DNA of 64,000 nt from Phoronis australis (lineage: Eukaryota; Animalia; Phoronida), in NCBI GenBank assembly GCA_002633005.1, contig NMRA01000252.1:403646-467645 (forward strand). Reading direction: 5' to 3'. Both the position numbers and the translations under genes were made by a program. The notes under the pieces are model-generated. The model was not told where the DNA came from. It did no database searches and was given only the letters and a program-made list of their open reading frames with translations. Positions 25,864 through 38,462 of this stretch are shown piece by piece. How positions within the stretch are numbered: the first letter of the stretch is position 1; the number at the start of each line of letters is the position of its first letter.

Positions 25864-25939
25864 ATTTTGACTCTATTTCCAAAAGTCCCGCTCCATGAAG
25901 ACATGCTGAAAGATGCTGGTATCCTATCTTAAAAAAGTT

Positions 25940-27130
25940 TCTGCGTTGTCAAAGAAGCCAGAAACCGGAAATTATGTTAACACTAATTGAGAAAAATCTT
26001 TTATACGAAACACTAAATATAGTTACGTTTTTACATTGAATATCGTTAAAAATAAATCAAAGAAAGACAAAAGAATGGTTGGAAAAGCTATGAAAAGGGT
26101 GATATCGGAATAAAATCCTGCTGCAATTATAATCGAAAACCAATTACTTACAATCAAGTCTCCCCGAAACCGGAAACGTGTTCCAAGCTTCCAAAAAGGC
26201 AAAAGCAAACGCGGTCGAACTGTATTCAAGATTTGTCAACTTCTAGCGGTAATTTTTTGTTTGAATCAATCTATTTTATCTTTCCAAACTTTCTGTCTGT
26301 TCGGAGGATTTTCAAGGAAATTTGAGTACGGCCACGAATGTTTCATTTGAACTAGGTGACTCTTGTCTCTGCTCGCTGGTCGCATACGACTACGTCTACG
26401 ACTACGTGTACACGCCTAGGCAACACGTAGCCCTTGGTTGGCCATATAGGGGCTACAATACTTCCAATTGCTTTCTGTACTCATTTCGTTACATGTATTT
26501 CAAGCGGGCCGTGAGTGGATTTAGGTTACCGATTTTGAGTTTTCACTTTGTCAAAAATACTTTACATATTTAAAAAAGCACTTACTTTCATCATTGACAT
26601 TGGTCCTTTCAGGCTTTCTACTTTTATACATATCTTCGATGAAGCTTAGTTATGAGAATTAAGGTGACTTTGGCGAAGAATTCCAACTCCACTTTTTTTG
26701 GTTGCCATTAACTTATTCACCGCGCGCGTGCGATAACCACAAAGTATATGTCAACTGAGTCGCGTGAGTTAGGCATAGGCTAGCGCGAGACTGAACGAAG
26801 CGCGTGCCGTGACACTTGCAAAATAGCATGAGAAGGTACAAGGCTTTTAATTTTCTGGGGAAACGCGAATTTCCGCTTTTTTCTTTTATTCTCTCGGTGT
26901 ATTTTCGTTATATTTCTGCGGAAAAAATCTTATTTGCCATAAAATTATCGCAGCAAATTGGTTTCTCACCGCGGCATTGCCCACGACTCGAAAAGCGGAA
27001 ACTGCTCTTTATGTTTCGGAGGAACGAAAGTTGTAAATGCGGATCATAGGCGCTCGAATTTTCCAATGACTGGTAACCATATACAAGAAACATGCTTTCG
27101 TAGTAGTGAGTGACGTCAGAGGCAATCGAG
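25940..27130. promoter_or_regulatory. CpG-richer region between WDR38 and a plus-strand exon; candidate bidirectional promoter
   Basis: ETS-like CCGGAA at about 25965 and 26170, CGCGCG elements at about 26721-26810, CRE TGACGTCA at about 27111. Confidence 0.45.
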
Positions 27131-27498
27131 GAACAGATAGATTCAAGCGCCTGTGCCTGGGACAGCGTGATTCATCAATGGCATCTGCACTTGGTATAAA
27201 ATCGCGGTGACAAACAGTGTGATTCTGCGGTCAAAAATACGTGGAGCGTGGAGTAGACGGAATATTTCGTGGAAAAGTGGATAAAAGAAACAGTCAATGT
27301 CTTCACAAACAACATAAGTCAAGGTTTGTGCTCTGTAAACTTTGAGAGAGGAACAATTACGGAGTGCGTGGGCGTGTCGCCTCGGACTAAGTTGGAGTCG
27401 GAGGACCATCTGAAAACAATGAAATACTAAAAATAACAACGCTTCGTGAAAGGAAATTCAACCGTAACCGGTTATTCATTGAATTGGAATCGTGGGAT
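27130..27498 (+). other. Candidate non-coding first exon with several uORFs
   Basis: Ends GAT|gtgagt followed by T-rich intron-like sequence; start coordinate approximate. Confidence 0.45.
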
Positions 27499-30400
27499 GT
27501 GAGTGATGTATGAAATTCTTTTGTTTGATCCCACATGCACGCCCGTTGCTGTTGGTTGCTAAGCCTTAGCTAAGGCCTGACCGCTTGAGTGCAATATTTT
27601 ACGTACCGCTGAAACGGGATACAAGTGCTATTTCCGTTACTGCAAATGCGTTTTAAATTGCCTTTAATGTATTTCAATTTATCTTGACATTTTTCGTGTT
27701 GTATTTTGTGGCTCGAGTTTTGCAGTTTTAGAGAAGAGATCATGTGACAGATTCTGAATGATCTGATTGGTGTAAGCTATTGTTTACAAATTCTGCCAGA
27801 GACTGTTTTCAGTGTCCTGATAGAACTTTATATCTTATGTCACATAGTTTCTTCTACACCAGCGTGGCTTATGAACAATTAACTCCTGTAATTACTTTTT
27901 GAAACTGAAAAATTCGGCTCACTTACGATTGTGATTGATGCATTCTATAAAGTTTGTTGTTTTTGACTTCCATTTTTCCATGCTAACAGTTGGGGTATGA
28001 GCCACAGGTTTTCGTCTTGACTTTTTTCCATTTGCGTTGGAATTAAAATTTTTGTTGGAATTAAATGTGTATGTATTTCAGGCTTTCTAGATAATCTATG
28101 GATCGATTTTCATTTTTTGTAATTTTGTATCGTAATTATAAGAATTGAAAATGATTTTATAGGTTTCCCTCAGTTCAGCAAATCAAGAATAAGCTCCTGC
28201 GTCTCAGACTGCAAATTTTTCATCATTATCTTTATTATTTTAATTTCAAAAAATATTTTTTGTTGCATCTAATTGCCTTCATTGTTGTTGCTGAAATAGA
28301 TATTAGGTACTGCTTAAAATGAGTGCGTTTTGTCGACACAACACAGTTGTAACTTTTGATCTGTTGAGGTATGGTTTAGATTGAAATGTGTATATAGGGC
28401 CGTAAAAAATTTCCTCTTTTTTGTCATGGGTCGATCCAAGCCCTGCAGCATAGACTATATAGTATCTATGATGATGCCAGTTTGTTTGTGTAAAGTGCTG
28501 CCTGTTGAGAATTCGACCAGTCAATCAGAAACGCCGGTGTAAAAAAATTTCCCAAGGAAAATTAAGTGATACCTGTGTGCTGCACATAGCAGCACGCAGG
28601 GAACCAGCGAGTTGTCTCTGCCCCTCTGGTGAGCAAACCAAAATACAACTTTCATCAAAAACATTGAAAAGAGTGTCAAATGGTAGCTTTAGACATGAAC
28701 TTTATATATAACTGTTTGAATTTTTCCTATCGGTTGGGCAGTTCTCAAGTTATTTAAAGTTTAGAGCCTCAAAAATGGCCTTTTTTCAGCAAACAGCCCC
28801 CCCAGAAATTTCAGGCCACAGAAAATGGCAAGTTTAAACAACTATATTTGGGAATCCATAGCTTACTGTGTTGCTAAAACAAAATGGGGAGTCCTTTACA
28901 AGTAGATTATCAACATGGCTTTGGCACCAAACTAAAGGCTATTATATTTTGCACCAACAAGAACAAAGAAAATTGAAAAATTCACCATCGACTTAAGTTT
29001 TTTTTCGGCTTGTAACAGGACTTTTTTGTCCCTGAAGCTAAGTTGAAGCGATGTTTTAAAAAGATAGCAGCTTATTACCTTAAAATGAAAAGACACTTCA
29101 AGAATTACTATGTTTCTTTTGCTCCAAAAGATTTTTAATTGAAATAATTCTAAAAAATGAAATTTGCAAAACAACTAAATTCAAAATGAGCAGAAACCTA
29201 GTCTTTTTCAGAGTATTTCAATATTTATTCATTAATACCTGTGAAGTTATGTGAATTATTTTTTCCCAAGTAAGATCAATGTTTTCACAGTCTTAAGTTG
29301 AACATAATGTGCATTTGTAATTAAACAACATTAAACTGAACCCTAAAATTTCATCGAATTTTAAACCAATTTCATTCCTATCAAATAATAAAGGAACTGA
29401 GAGGTGTTGTGTTGATGACCATCCAAAAATAGCATTTTCACGTTCTAAAATGTTTTGATGCACTGCAGCGTTGACTGAACATTTATTTTTGTTACAGATT
29501 CCCTAATTTTATTGATTGTCACATTTTGTATTGCCATTTCATTATGTATAAAACTTTATGATTTGACTGTGGGTGTCGCTGTGATTCTGGGGGCCTGACC
29601 ACGTGGACTCGACTTTGGCATATAGTTGGTTGGCATTTGATCTCTCGCTTGCACACAGCGCGCTGTGTCTTTCCTTGTGTTCAGGCACTTATGGAGTTGT
29701 AGCGAACACTTATGGCCGCAATTTTTGGAATGATATTTAGTTGTGTGTATGAAAAGTGTTGCTCACTGGTTTGAAGCTATTATGAATACAGGTTAAAACT
29801 GGAAATCTATTTTCATATCTATTAAGACTACAAACAATATCCTCCAAGTCAACAAGTGTTTCGTCTGCCATTTGGAAGGTTTGTCTTGCAATCCGTTACA
29901 ATTTTAATGAAAAATGTATTTTTCTAAAAATGAAACTGATCACAGACACAGCGCCACCATGAGGTAGAAAAAGTGCAACAAAAAACATATTTGAAGGAAA
30001 TAGAATAAAATGACTCTATCCCCAAAACTGAATTGAATTTTAATTTTTTAAATATTCTATACTATTTTAATGAAAATATTTCACCAGTTTGGGCCACTTT
30101 TTGTAATTTAGAAAAGTTTTGACTGGTTGTGTTAAATACATTTGACCAATCAGGTTTGAATTTAGTTTGAACCCTGGAAAGGTCAATGTGGTTCTTGTAA
30201 AATGACTGAGTTTTCCTTTTTAGAAGTGTTTCTAAATGGAAATGGTGAGACAAAGTGAAAAATTTGATGAGGAATGGATTAGGACATGACTGGTGATTGA
30301 GTGTACACTTTCGAGATTTTTCCCGTAGGTGAGAGAGTGAAGAGGCAGTAAATTAAAAAAAAAAACGTTTTCTCATATTTTGTCAAGAAAGTGAAAAGTT

Positions 30401-31225
30401 TACGTCCAGGATTGAAAGCAGAATTTTTTAGCAAACAGTTTTAAAATCGGTTCAGTACATGGCCATTTAGCATCTGAAAGTTTGACTCCTACTGTAAGTC
30501 ACAAGAATTTACCGGTGAGTGAAAAATTTGTGAGGTGCTCGCTTTACTTCAATTTTTAAAAATACTCATTGATGCCCAAATTTTTTGTAACGGATATCAA
30601 TAGAAAGAAAAAAATTAAATATTTCACTGGCATACTTTTCATTTTCCACCATTTAGCATGCTAATTGATATGAGCTTGTGAAAATCTTGAAAAATGGCAA
30701 AATTTCGCTCTTTCTGAATTTCAGCAATATTGTGTTGCTCACCCTACCTCTGTCTCTTGGCAATATTTATTTTTGTCCAAACGACCACACCACCACTGAG
30801 CAGCAGGCATAGACATTGATCACCGTCTCTAGCTGGCCCAGTTGAGATGGTGGAGCTCCTATAGGAGCTTCATACGCCATAAACGTTTTGGCGAATTATG
30901 ACTCGCACTGAATAAAACCTCGATTTACATCTTTTGTGCAGTTTAGGATGCCGTCGTTGAATAATCTCGCTGGTGGTATGTGCATATGATGTCACATCCC
31001 CTGGTGTGTGCAGTGTAAAAATGGCGAACTGAACGAGGGACTGCGTGGTCAGTCAATAGTTTTCATCCGCACGGATAATTTTTATCTATACCACCTCGCA
31101 TTTTAATTTGAGTATCACAAAGCTTTTGTAGCGTGTGGTCGGGGAGATAATTTAATCATCGAATTCAGGGACCTTCATAATAGTGTATACTACGTGGCGG
31201 TTTTATTATAAATCAAAGTATACAG

Positions 31226-31440
31226 ACTTGTAGTCATTGTCACTTGCTGGTGTACATTCTCTCATGTTCAAATATGACATATCTCCGTGAGGTAATGGAC
31301 TTGTAGTCATTGTCACTTGCTGGTGTACATTCTCTCACATTCAAATATGACATATATTCGTGTGGACTTGTAGTCATTGTCACTTGCTGGTGTACATTCT
31401 CTCACGTTCAAATATGACATATCTCCGTGAGGTAATCGAC
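31226..31440. repeat. ~70-bp tandem repeat x3
   Basis: gacttgtagtcattgtcacttgctggtgtacattctctca... repeated three times. Confidence 0.9.
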
Positions 31441-32181
31441 TGTGGAGAGTTTCTTCCTCTTCATACAACATAGTTTGCTTTGTTGCATGAACAACGCCAA
31501 GACAAGCGAGCAAGGTCAAGCATAGGGTACTGGCAGGATAGCACATTATTTGCCTACATAACATTGCTATCCAAGACAAGCGAGCAAGGTCACTGTGACA
31601 TCTACGAAAAGTAAATTATTACAGCAAATTAGTCATTAGGTCGTGGTATGCTGGGTTACACCGATCTAACTGACTGACGTTGAACACTAGTATGATATTC
31701 GCTATTGATGATATTGTCATTACGCCAGTCAAGTAATAAGGTCTAAACAGGTTCAAGTATGTTTTCCTTCCATGTACATTACTTGAGCCGGAGTTGTCTG
31801 AAGCTTATCCTGGCGTATTGACTTCATGGCACCAACCTCCTCAACTACTGCGGCCACTCACCACCGCTCATTTGGAAGCCCAAGCAATGGGGGGACTCCA
31901 CTTACCATACTCTCTCCCAGACCCCGTATGGGAAGAAGTACCCCTATCGTACCCTTTTGTGGCTGACGTCGGACATTTTCGAAACCAATACGGAATACTT
32001 GCAATGTTACTGCCAGCACAAACACTCAGCAGACGTTCATGTGAGCAGTCACCACTTGTGGCATTGAGGCCTGTGCACCAGATGACAATCAGTTACCATG
32101 ATCAGCAGCACATGAACATTCATAGTTTTATTGATCATTTTCTTTGTCGATATTTCAGGTCTGCATCTTGTCGTGTCCAAC

Positions 32182-32524
32182 ATGGCTGCTCCAATGGATG
32201 TGAGGACAGCCTCAACAGACAGTGTGATGATGTTTGACGCCGAGAAATATCGTAAAAAATACGAGAGCAAGCGAGAGTGGGGGTTACGCAAAGCCTTCCT
32301 GGAAGCACACAAAGACAATTTCCCCGAGGATCGCCTTCTCTGTCTGTCGCACTGTTTCACCAATGTTGAGATGTACGGTTGCACATATCCCGGTCCTGTT
32401 ATGGCACAACTGAATGCATTGGCCGAATCAATACAGGATAAAGTGAATGCACATAGACAGTTGGTGAAGTCAACCACTGAGGTCAAGTTTGTGAAGGCTT
32501 CTGGGTCAGATAATATACGCTCTG
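32182..32524 (+). CDS. NKRF: NF-kappa-B-repressing factor, first coding exon with XRN2-binding (XTBD) domain
   Basis: Acceptor tttcag| at 32159, aacATGG start, FDAEKYRKKYESKREWGLRKAFLEAH...DRLLCLSHCFTNVEMYGCTYP (XTBD motif), G|gtaagc donor in phase 1. Confidence 0.88.
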
Positions 32525-32842
32525 GTAAGCGTTAGACAATGATGGACAAATGTTCTAAGCTAACACTTAACAACTAAGTGACTTTTAGTAAGCTGAAGAT
32601 ACCTTTGAGATTGTTCCAGTAATCGTTTGGATTTTATTTTTATATCGGATGAAATAGTGGAAGAAAACAGCAATAAATCATTTGCTAAGTTATGTATTAC
32701 CATTTCGTTGGAATATCAAAACTCCCTCTTGTGAGCAAATTTCAAATCCACTGTGGGACAACAGCTTGTTTCTCTCAGCTGAAAAGTGATTTCTGGTTTT
32801 GCAAAGAACTGACAGTTGTTGCTTGAGATCATGGTGGAAGCA

Positions 32843-33080
32843 CAATATGAACAACCTTGACAATGTGAACCATCCTGACAATATGAACAATCTTGGCAAT
32901 GTGAAGCACACTGACAGTGTGAACCACCGTGACAATATGAACCACCGTGACAATATGAACAATCTTGGCAATGTGAAGCACACTGACAATGTGAACCACC
33001 ATGACAATATGAACCACTGTGACAATATGAACCACCGTGACAATATGAACCACCATGACAATATGAACCATCTGGACAAT
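32843..33080. repeat. 18-bp minisatellite (gacaatatgaaccaccgt) in the NKRF intron
   Basis: About 13 imperfect units. Confidence 0.9.
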
Positions 33081-33672
33081 CCTGCTCTCAAAAAGACGTC
33101 TAATTTGTCTAGGAACTATTTTACATTAATCTCATAACTACAGTGATAAGTAATAATTAAATGTTGGCCTTCAGCCATCCAGGAATGTTCATGATATTAA
33201 TAGTTAAAAGTGGTCTGGTGGATTACTTTTTTGATTTTCTTGATTTTTGGAGACCTCTCCCATTGAAGAAGACGAGAGGTTTCCGAAGATCTAGAAAATC
33301 AAAAAGGTAATCTAGCAGACCAGAGTTAACTCTTAGGGATAAGTCTAAATAAGAAGTTACATGATGCAAGATGGGTATACTACCATCTGAATTGTTTGGT
33401 TTTTGGCATGATTGGTCGTGTGTCAAACAGCAAATTGTAAAATTGTGATCAATCACACCAGCTATACTGTGATGTGTGTATTCAATCTTGAAATTCTCAT
33501 TTATCTTAACTGTGTGAAATGCATTGCCTGATCTGTAGGGTTATTCATCAACATGATGTGAAGGAACAAAACCCATTAGTTTGCAGTCTACTTATTCATG
33601 CCAGTAGCCAAAGGCACTAGATGTTTGAAGAATGAGCCACCAGGTGTCACCCTTTCCCCTCTCAACTTGTAG

Positions 33673-35132
33673 ACATTTCTGGTCCCACCACGAGCTCCTT
33701 GTCCAAGTCTGGTCCACAACCAGCTGTGCCTCCCAAGTACAGCTTGACAAAACCTAAAGTCCCGATGATGTTTGTAAAGTCCAGGATAGACTTCAAAAGC
33801 ACGGATTACCAACAAGACAGCTCAGCGGAAGTTCTCCCTCCCACGCTCATAACAAAGTTTTCGTCATCAATGGATGAGTCGCTATCGCCAGGTGATAGCG
33901 GGTCACATAGTGTGAAGTATAAGTTACTTGGTAAACACATCTTGTCAATATCACAGCCTGACATGAACAGCATATCTATCCTACACCTTGCTATGGACAA
34001 ACTGAAGATGACTGCACAGACTGAGTTTAGCCAGTTGTCCCCACTGAAGGGAGCCTGTAATCCCAGCTTCAGTTGTACATTGAAAGTTGATTTTGTTAAG
34101 ATAGCTAGTGGCACGGGGAACAGTAAGAAAGAGGCTAAACAGATGGCGTACACCGCTGCTATTGAGAAATTGTCAGCGCGTTACATGAACATTATCGGTG
34201 ATGGTGATTCTCTAGAACTGGTGACATCATCGGAGCCTTTTGTTGGTGACGTACAGCCTTCTACAAATCCGATTTCTTGCAACACATTGACTGCATCAGT
34301 GCCATCTGTTGAGAAGACCAGGAAACGACTGCATCCTGCTATTTCTGCAGACCTCAGCAATTTCCTCATCTTGGAGTCTGTCGTTGGGAATAATGCATTA
34401 AACAGCATGAGTGTTGTTAGGCAGAGTGCTGATTTTAACAAGTGGTCACTGGACTATGAGTTTATGCAGTGTGGAGATGCAACACGCTGTCAGGTGTTTC
34501 TCAATAGCATACTTGTAGTGGATTGCATGGGTAACAGTAAGACAAATGCCAAGTCTGTGGCTTCGGACATGTTACTGGAGATATTGCAGGCATCGTGTTG
34601 GACGGTGAAAGTCAAGAAAAACGAAGACTCGGACGAGTTGGGTGTGACGCGTGACGAGTTATTGGGGGATGTAGATAGGCAAAATCACGTGATCTCTGAG
34701 AGCAATGTGGGTAATATGCTGTTGAAGAAAATGGGCTGGACAGGGGGAGGAGTGGGCAAGGAGGGGAGGGAGGGACGAGCGACGCCTGTCACAGTAGACG
34801 CTGTAATCAACAGACAGGGGTTAGGGTTACAACTGGAGCAAGGTATAGCTAGATCATTTGTACACTCCATCAAATCGATGCTGAGTGAGTACGCCCGGTC
34901 TGCTCGCCAAGAAGACGTGGTGTTCTCTCCTGAGTTTTGTAATGAAGAGCGAGCCATCATTCACAAAGAGGCTCATAAACTGGGATTGAAGAGTGGCAGT
35001 AAAGGTTCTGGTGATGAACGGTATTTGATTATTGGGAGAAAGCGCAGTGCTGGACAGTTGTTTGATCACATAGTCCAACATGGAGGAAGTACCAGCAAAT
35101 ATGAACTTGTGCCACCTGGTGGCCATTCATAG
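33673..35132 (+). CDS. NKRF: NKRF last coding exon (dsRBD-like folds, G-patch, R3H); full CDS join(32182..32524,33673..35132) = 600 aa
   Basis: ttgtag|AC in phase 1, in frame with the 477-aa ORF. dsRBD-like GTGNSKKEAKQMA and GNSKTNAKSVA; G-patch ISESNVGNMLLKKMGWTGGGVGKEG; R3H EERAIIHKEAHKLGLKSGSKG. This is the NKRF domain order. Confidence 0.92.
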
Positions 35133-36582
35133 AAATAATAAGAAACTGTATTTCAATGTAAAAGTTGCGTTGTACTGTGTAAACCAAATACATGTAATCA
35201 TTACATGATCACAAGGTTTGTAATGTTAGCTAGAATCAACGAAGTCTTCTCTAACATGTCATTCTGTCAACTCAATTTAATGTACATGTCTACAACAGGA
35301 GAAGGTGAGACATCCACACAGCTTGATGTTTGCATCAGAATGTTCACTCTGCCTCTTGATTCAATCCAGCAAACTTTGATTGCAACAAACTTTAAGAAAT
35401 GTGACATCAGCTTGTTTATGTGAAACAGGTTTCAACTGTTTCAGTAGTTGTTAATGTCTTTGTTAACATATGTAAACCTGTGCCCCCTGGTAGCCAGTCG
35501 TGGCACTAGTAGGGAGCTGCTGTTATTTGGAAGTCAATAGCAGTGCATGGTACAGATCAATTGATAGTATACAAAACTATTCAAAGGGGGCAGCACTAGG
35601 TTGTGGATTATGCATCTCCTGTTGCTCATGTCACCTGTTTGTAAACAACCGGGAACATGGACTAGAGCTGATTCAAGATACTGATATGCAATTAGTAAGT
35701 CAAGTCAGCTATGAAGGTTAGCGTCACAAATTGGTTAGAATATTGAGTATTGGCAAAGAAATGAGGCCTGTGCAAGTTTTCATTACAGTTATTTTATCGA
35801 ACTTTCATGGAATTTGTCGATCATTGTTCATAATGCATATGGGAGAATTTCAGGATGCAATGGTCGCTGATCACAGGGGACCTATGAGTTATCGCCACCT
35901 GGAGGCACTTGTTCGAAGAGGGTAATGGCATGAGAACATTCGTGTCTGTGGTTATGCTGGGTGCCTCCTGCTTAATCTCGAGATCGCGAATGCGAGAACT
36001 CGGGATTAAATGTTCATTAAGGCCATCAGGTGATTTTATTTTAATCAACGTGAATGTGATTATTTGAGTGAACATGCCAAGTTTCACTGTGAATTCCAAG
36101 TTCACTCGTACAGTACGCGATCTTGAGATTAAGCAGGATTCCAAGTTCAGGTACACCAGTTAGACGTGATAGTGTGCATTCTCAAGAATACGGAGATGAC
36201 TGCATGACTTTGTCTTCTCTTCCTATAAATGTCACTAGTTTCCTGTTTCACGTGATCAGCTGCCACGTTGTTACTGGCAAATATCTCACTGGTTCCGGTT
36301 TGGAGAGAAGATTTCGTTGTGTTAAAAAATATTTACATGTACATTGTCACATTTTGCCTAGGCAGCTTCACGTCACCTTCCCAAAATTTTTCTCATCCAA
36401 ATGACAACACATTGAGTGACTATCGTTAGGACCGTGACGTCAAGTGAAAGATCTCGACATGTACCGGTACAGTCCCGTAAAACGTCTACCCGGACAAAAA
36501 TCAAACTTTCATTTTTGGTAGTTTTAAAACTTTTTTAGCTTCAAAAAATACATTTAAATTTAGCTACACGCAAGTGCAGTTT

Positions 36583-36836
36583 TGGGGGCACACCAGATCT
36601 TAAAGGGGGCACACCAGATCTTAAAGGGGACACACCAGATCTTAAAGGGGGCACACCAGATCTTAAAGGGGGCCCACCAGATCTTAAAGGGGGCACATCA
36701 GATCTTAAAGGGGGCACGCCAGATCTTAAAGGGGGCCCGCCAGATCTTAAAGGGGGCAGACCAGATCTTAAAGGGGGTACACCAGATCTTAAAGGGGGCA
36801 CACCAGATCTTAAAGGGGGCACACCAGATCTTAAAG
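36583..36836. repeat. 21-bp minisatellite (caccagatcttaaagggggca) x~12
   Basis: Direct reading. Confidence 0.95.
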
Positions 36837-36859
36837 TTGCTCTGATTTTAATTTGACTG

Positions 36860-37187
36860 TACTTCGGGAGCAAGTTTTCGGTTATACAGAATTTGTTAAA
36901 TGCACGACACTTTTCATTGTTCACAGTCTTTATTCCGTTGCGTTCATACTTTCGGAACAAAACTCTACTCTCAACTGAACATAGATACAGTAACTGACCT
37001 AGCGACATAATTAAAAGACACAATATTTCGAAACATACTTGTTTCATTGTCAAGTGAAGATAAAATGACGCAGTAATGCCACCACAGAGTATAAGCTGAC
37101 GACACACACAGTGAGACACGGCGGGTGTGAAATACTGCAAAGAATGACTAATGAAGAGGGGTAACAGGAAAGTCACGCAAACAAGTG
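36860..37187 (-). mobile_element. Penelope-like element 3' tail (pLTR-like), second copy
   Basis: The reverse complement aligns by eye with 20503-20705 and carries an extra ~125 bp internally. Confidence 0.75.
37019..37056 (-). ncRNA. Minimal type I hammerhead ribozyme-like motif (U3-A8 variant)
   Basis: Minus strand reads CAC-TTGACAA-T-GAAACA-AGTA-TGTTTC-GAAA-TA-TT-GTG: 3-bp stem I, perfect 6-bp stem II, GAAA and a palindromic loop 3, inside a PLE tail. Confidence 0.6.
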
Positions 37188-37803
37188 ATTTTAATTTGCA
37201 TGCGTCTTGAAGTTGACAAGTAGCTACAGTATCTAATAATGTCATTTGACTTGTGGCATATTAGCGACTTTCAAGGTAAAGGTAAACTAGGTATCTCGAC
37301 ATCGTCACAAAAATTGTTACAAAAGTAAGTTTCCATCAAAATCTAAACGTCCAGTTCTCTTTTACAAATGGACGTTAACTTATTGTTAAAATATCTAAGT
37401 TTTCGGGGTTATTTGGACCTTAAAGGCTGCGTGAACGACGTGTGACCTTACAAATAGAATACGATAAGAGGCACTGGCTTTAACACATGCAGATGGAAAT
37501 TTTTATTTTGGAGGTTATGAAACGAGTCGAGTAGAGACCAGGACTTTTATTAGTTGCCAGTAAGCCTTTATTGTTGATTATGCTTTGCTATGCTGACGAA
37601 ATTGACACTTAGTGGGTTGCGGTATCGTTCTTTATTTTTGTGTCTCAGCTCATGTTTGCTATAGCCGTCTGTTCAAAAATATTGTCAATTTTAGAATGCG
37701 TTCAGACATGGTTCGCATTGAAGATAACTGCATTCAGGACGTGGATACTACAGTGTGACGTACTAAAAACGCTCATAACGAAAATAATCTATCTGATCAA
37801 ATT

Positions 37804-38462
37804 TTAATCACTCCATTGGTCTATACAAAAAGTGACCATTACAGCTACAATGAGAAGATACGTTCTACACTTGCTTGTGTCCACTCCAGACGACGGCGTA
37901 GTTTCCCCTCCCATTGTTGTACCTGAGGTCGTGGTGGGCGGCGTGGACCAGCTTGTAGAGTTTTCTGTAGTGACGTTAATGGGCGTGGTCATGTTGGAGG
38001 CGGGGCTTGTGTTAACTGACCTGTCCGTTGCCATGGTGGTAACAAAGGTGCCGTTAGCAACGGTTACGGCAGTTACGCTGGTTGTTTCGGGAGACGCAGT
38101 CGTGGCCAGGGGAATTTGGCGCTTACAAGAGCAAATATCAACGTTATCTAGAGCTGCATATACAGTTGCATTTGTGGCCAGTGTAGCATTTGAAACAACG
38201 ACGCGCATTTCTGTAACAGTCATATTCGCTGGAAGTGGGACACGCGCATGTTGCCACGCGTCTTTGTTGTCCGTCGAACGAAAAAGCAACGCGTTCTTAC
38301 CAGCGTGGTCTTGTGCATAAATATTAAACTTGACGCCAGAACCGTTGTTGGAGAAGACGTAGAAGTAGAAGTCAAGGCACCATCCATTGAAGAAATGGGT
38401 TGTCGGGAAGTCGAGTGAGCTGGGAAGAGTTCGATTCATTGTCATCAAGTACATAAAATGGC
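37804..38462 (-). CDS. Three-MAM-domain cell-surface protein, exon 6 (end of MAM3, Thr-rich stalk, hydrophobic GPI/TM-like C-terminus)
   Basis: ttgcag|GC CAT TTT ATG in phase 1; CLDFYFY, WQHARVPL and AALDNVDI MAM motifs; TAA at 37804. Confidence 0.88.

Noticed and set aside
32799-33137. His/Asn-rich repeat ORF (DNMNHR)n as an NKRF exon or metal-binding peptide
   Set aside because: It is an 18-bp minisatellite open in several frames; the NKRF exons join in phase without it and it has no clear splice sites.
33806-35126. Antisense ORFs over NKRF (and over the MAM and WDR38 exons)
   Set aside because: Shadow frames of real coding exons.
36541-37245. 234-aa ORF with (LRSGVPP)n
   Set aside because: Chance read-through of a PLE tail into a 21-bp repeat.
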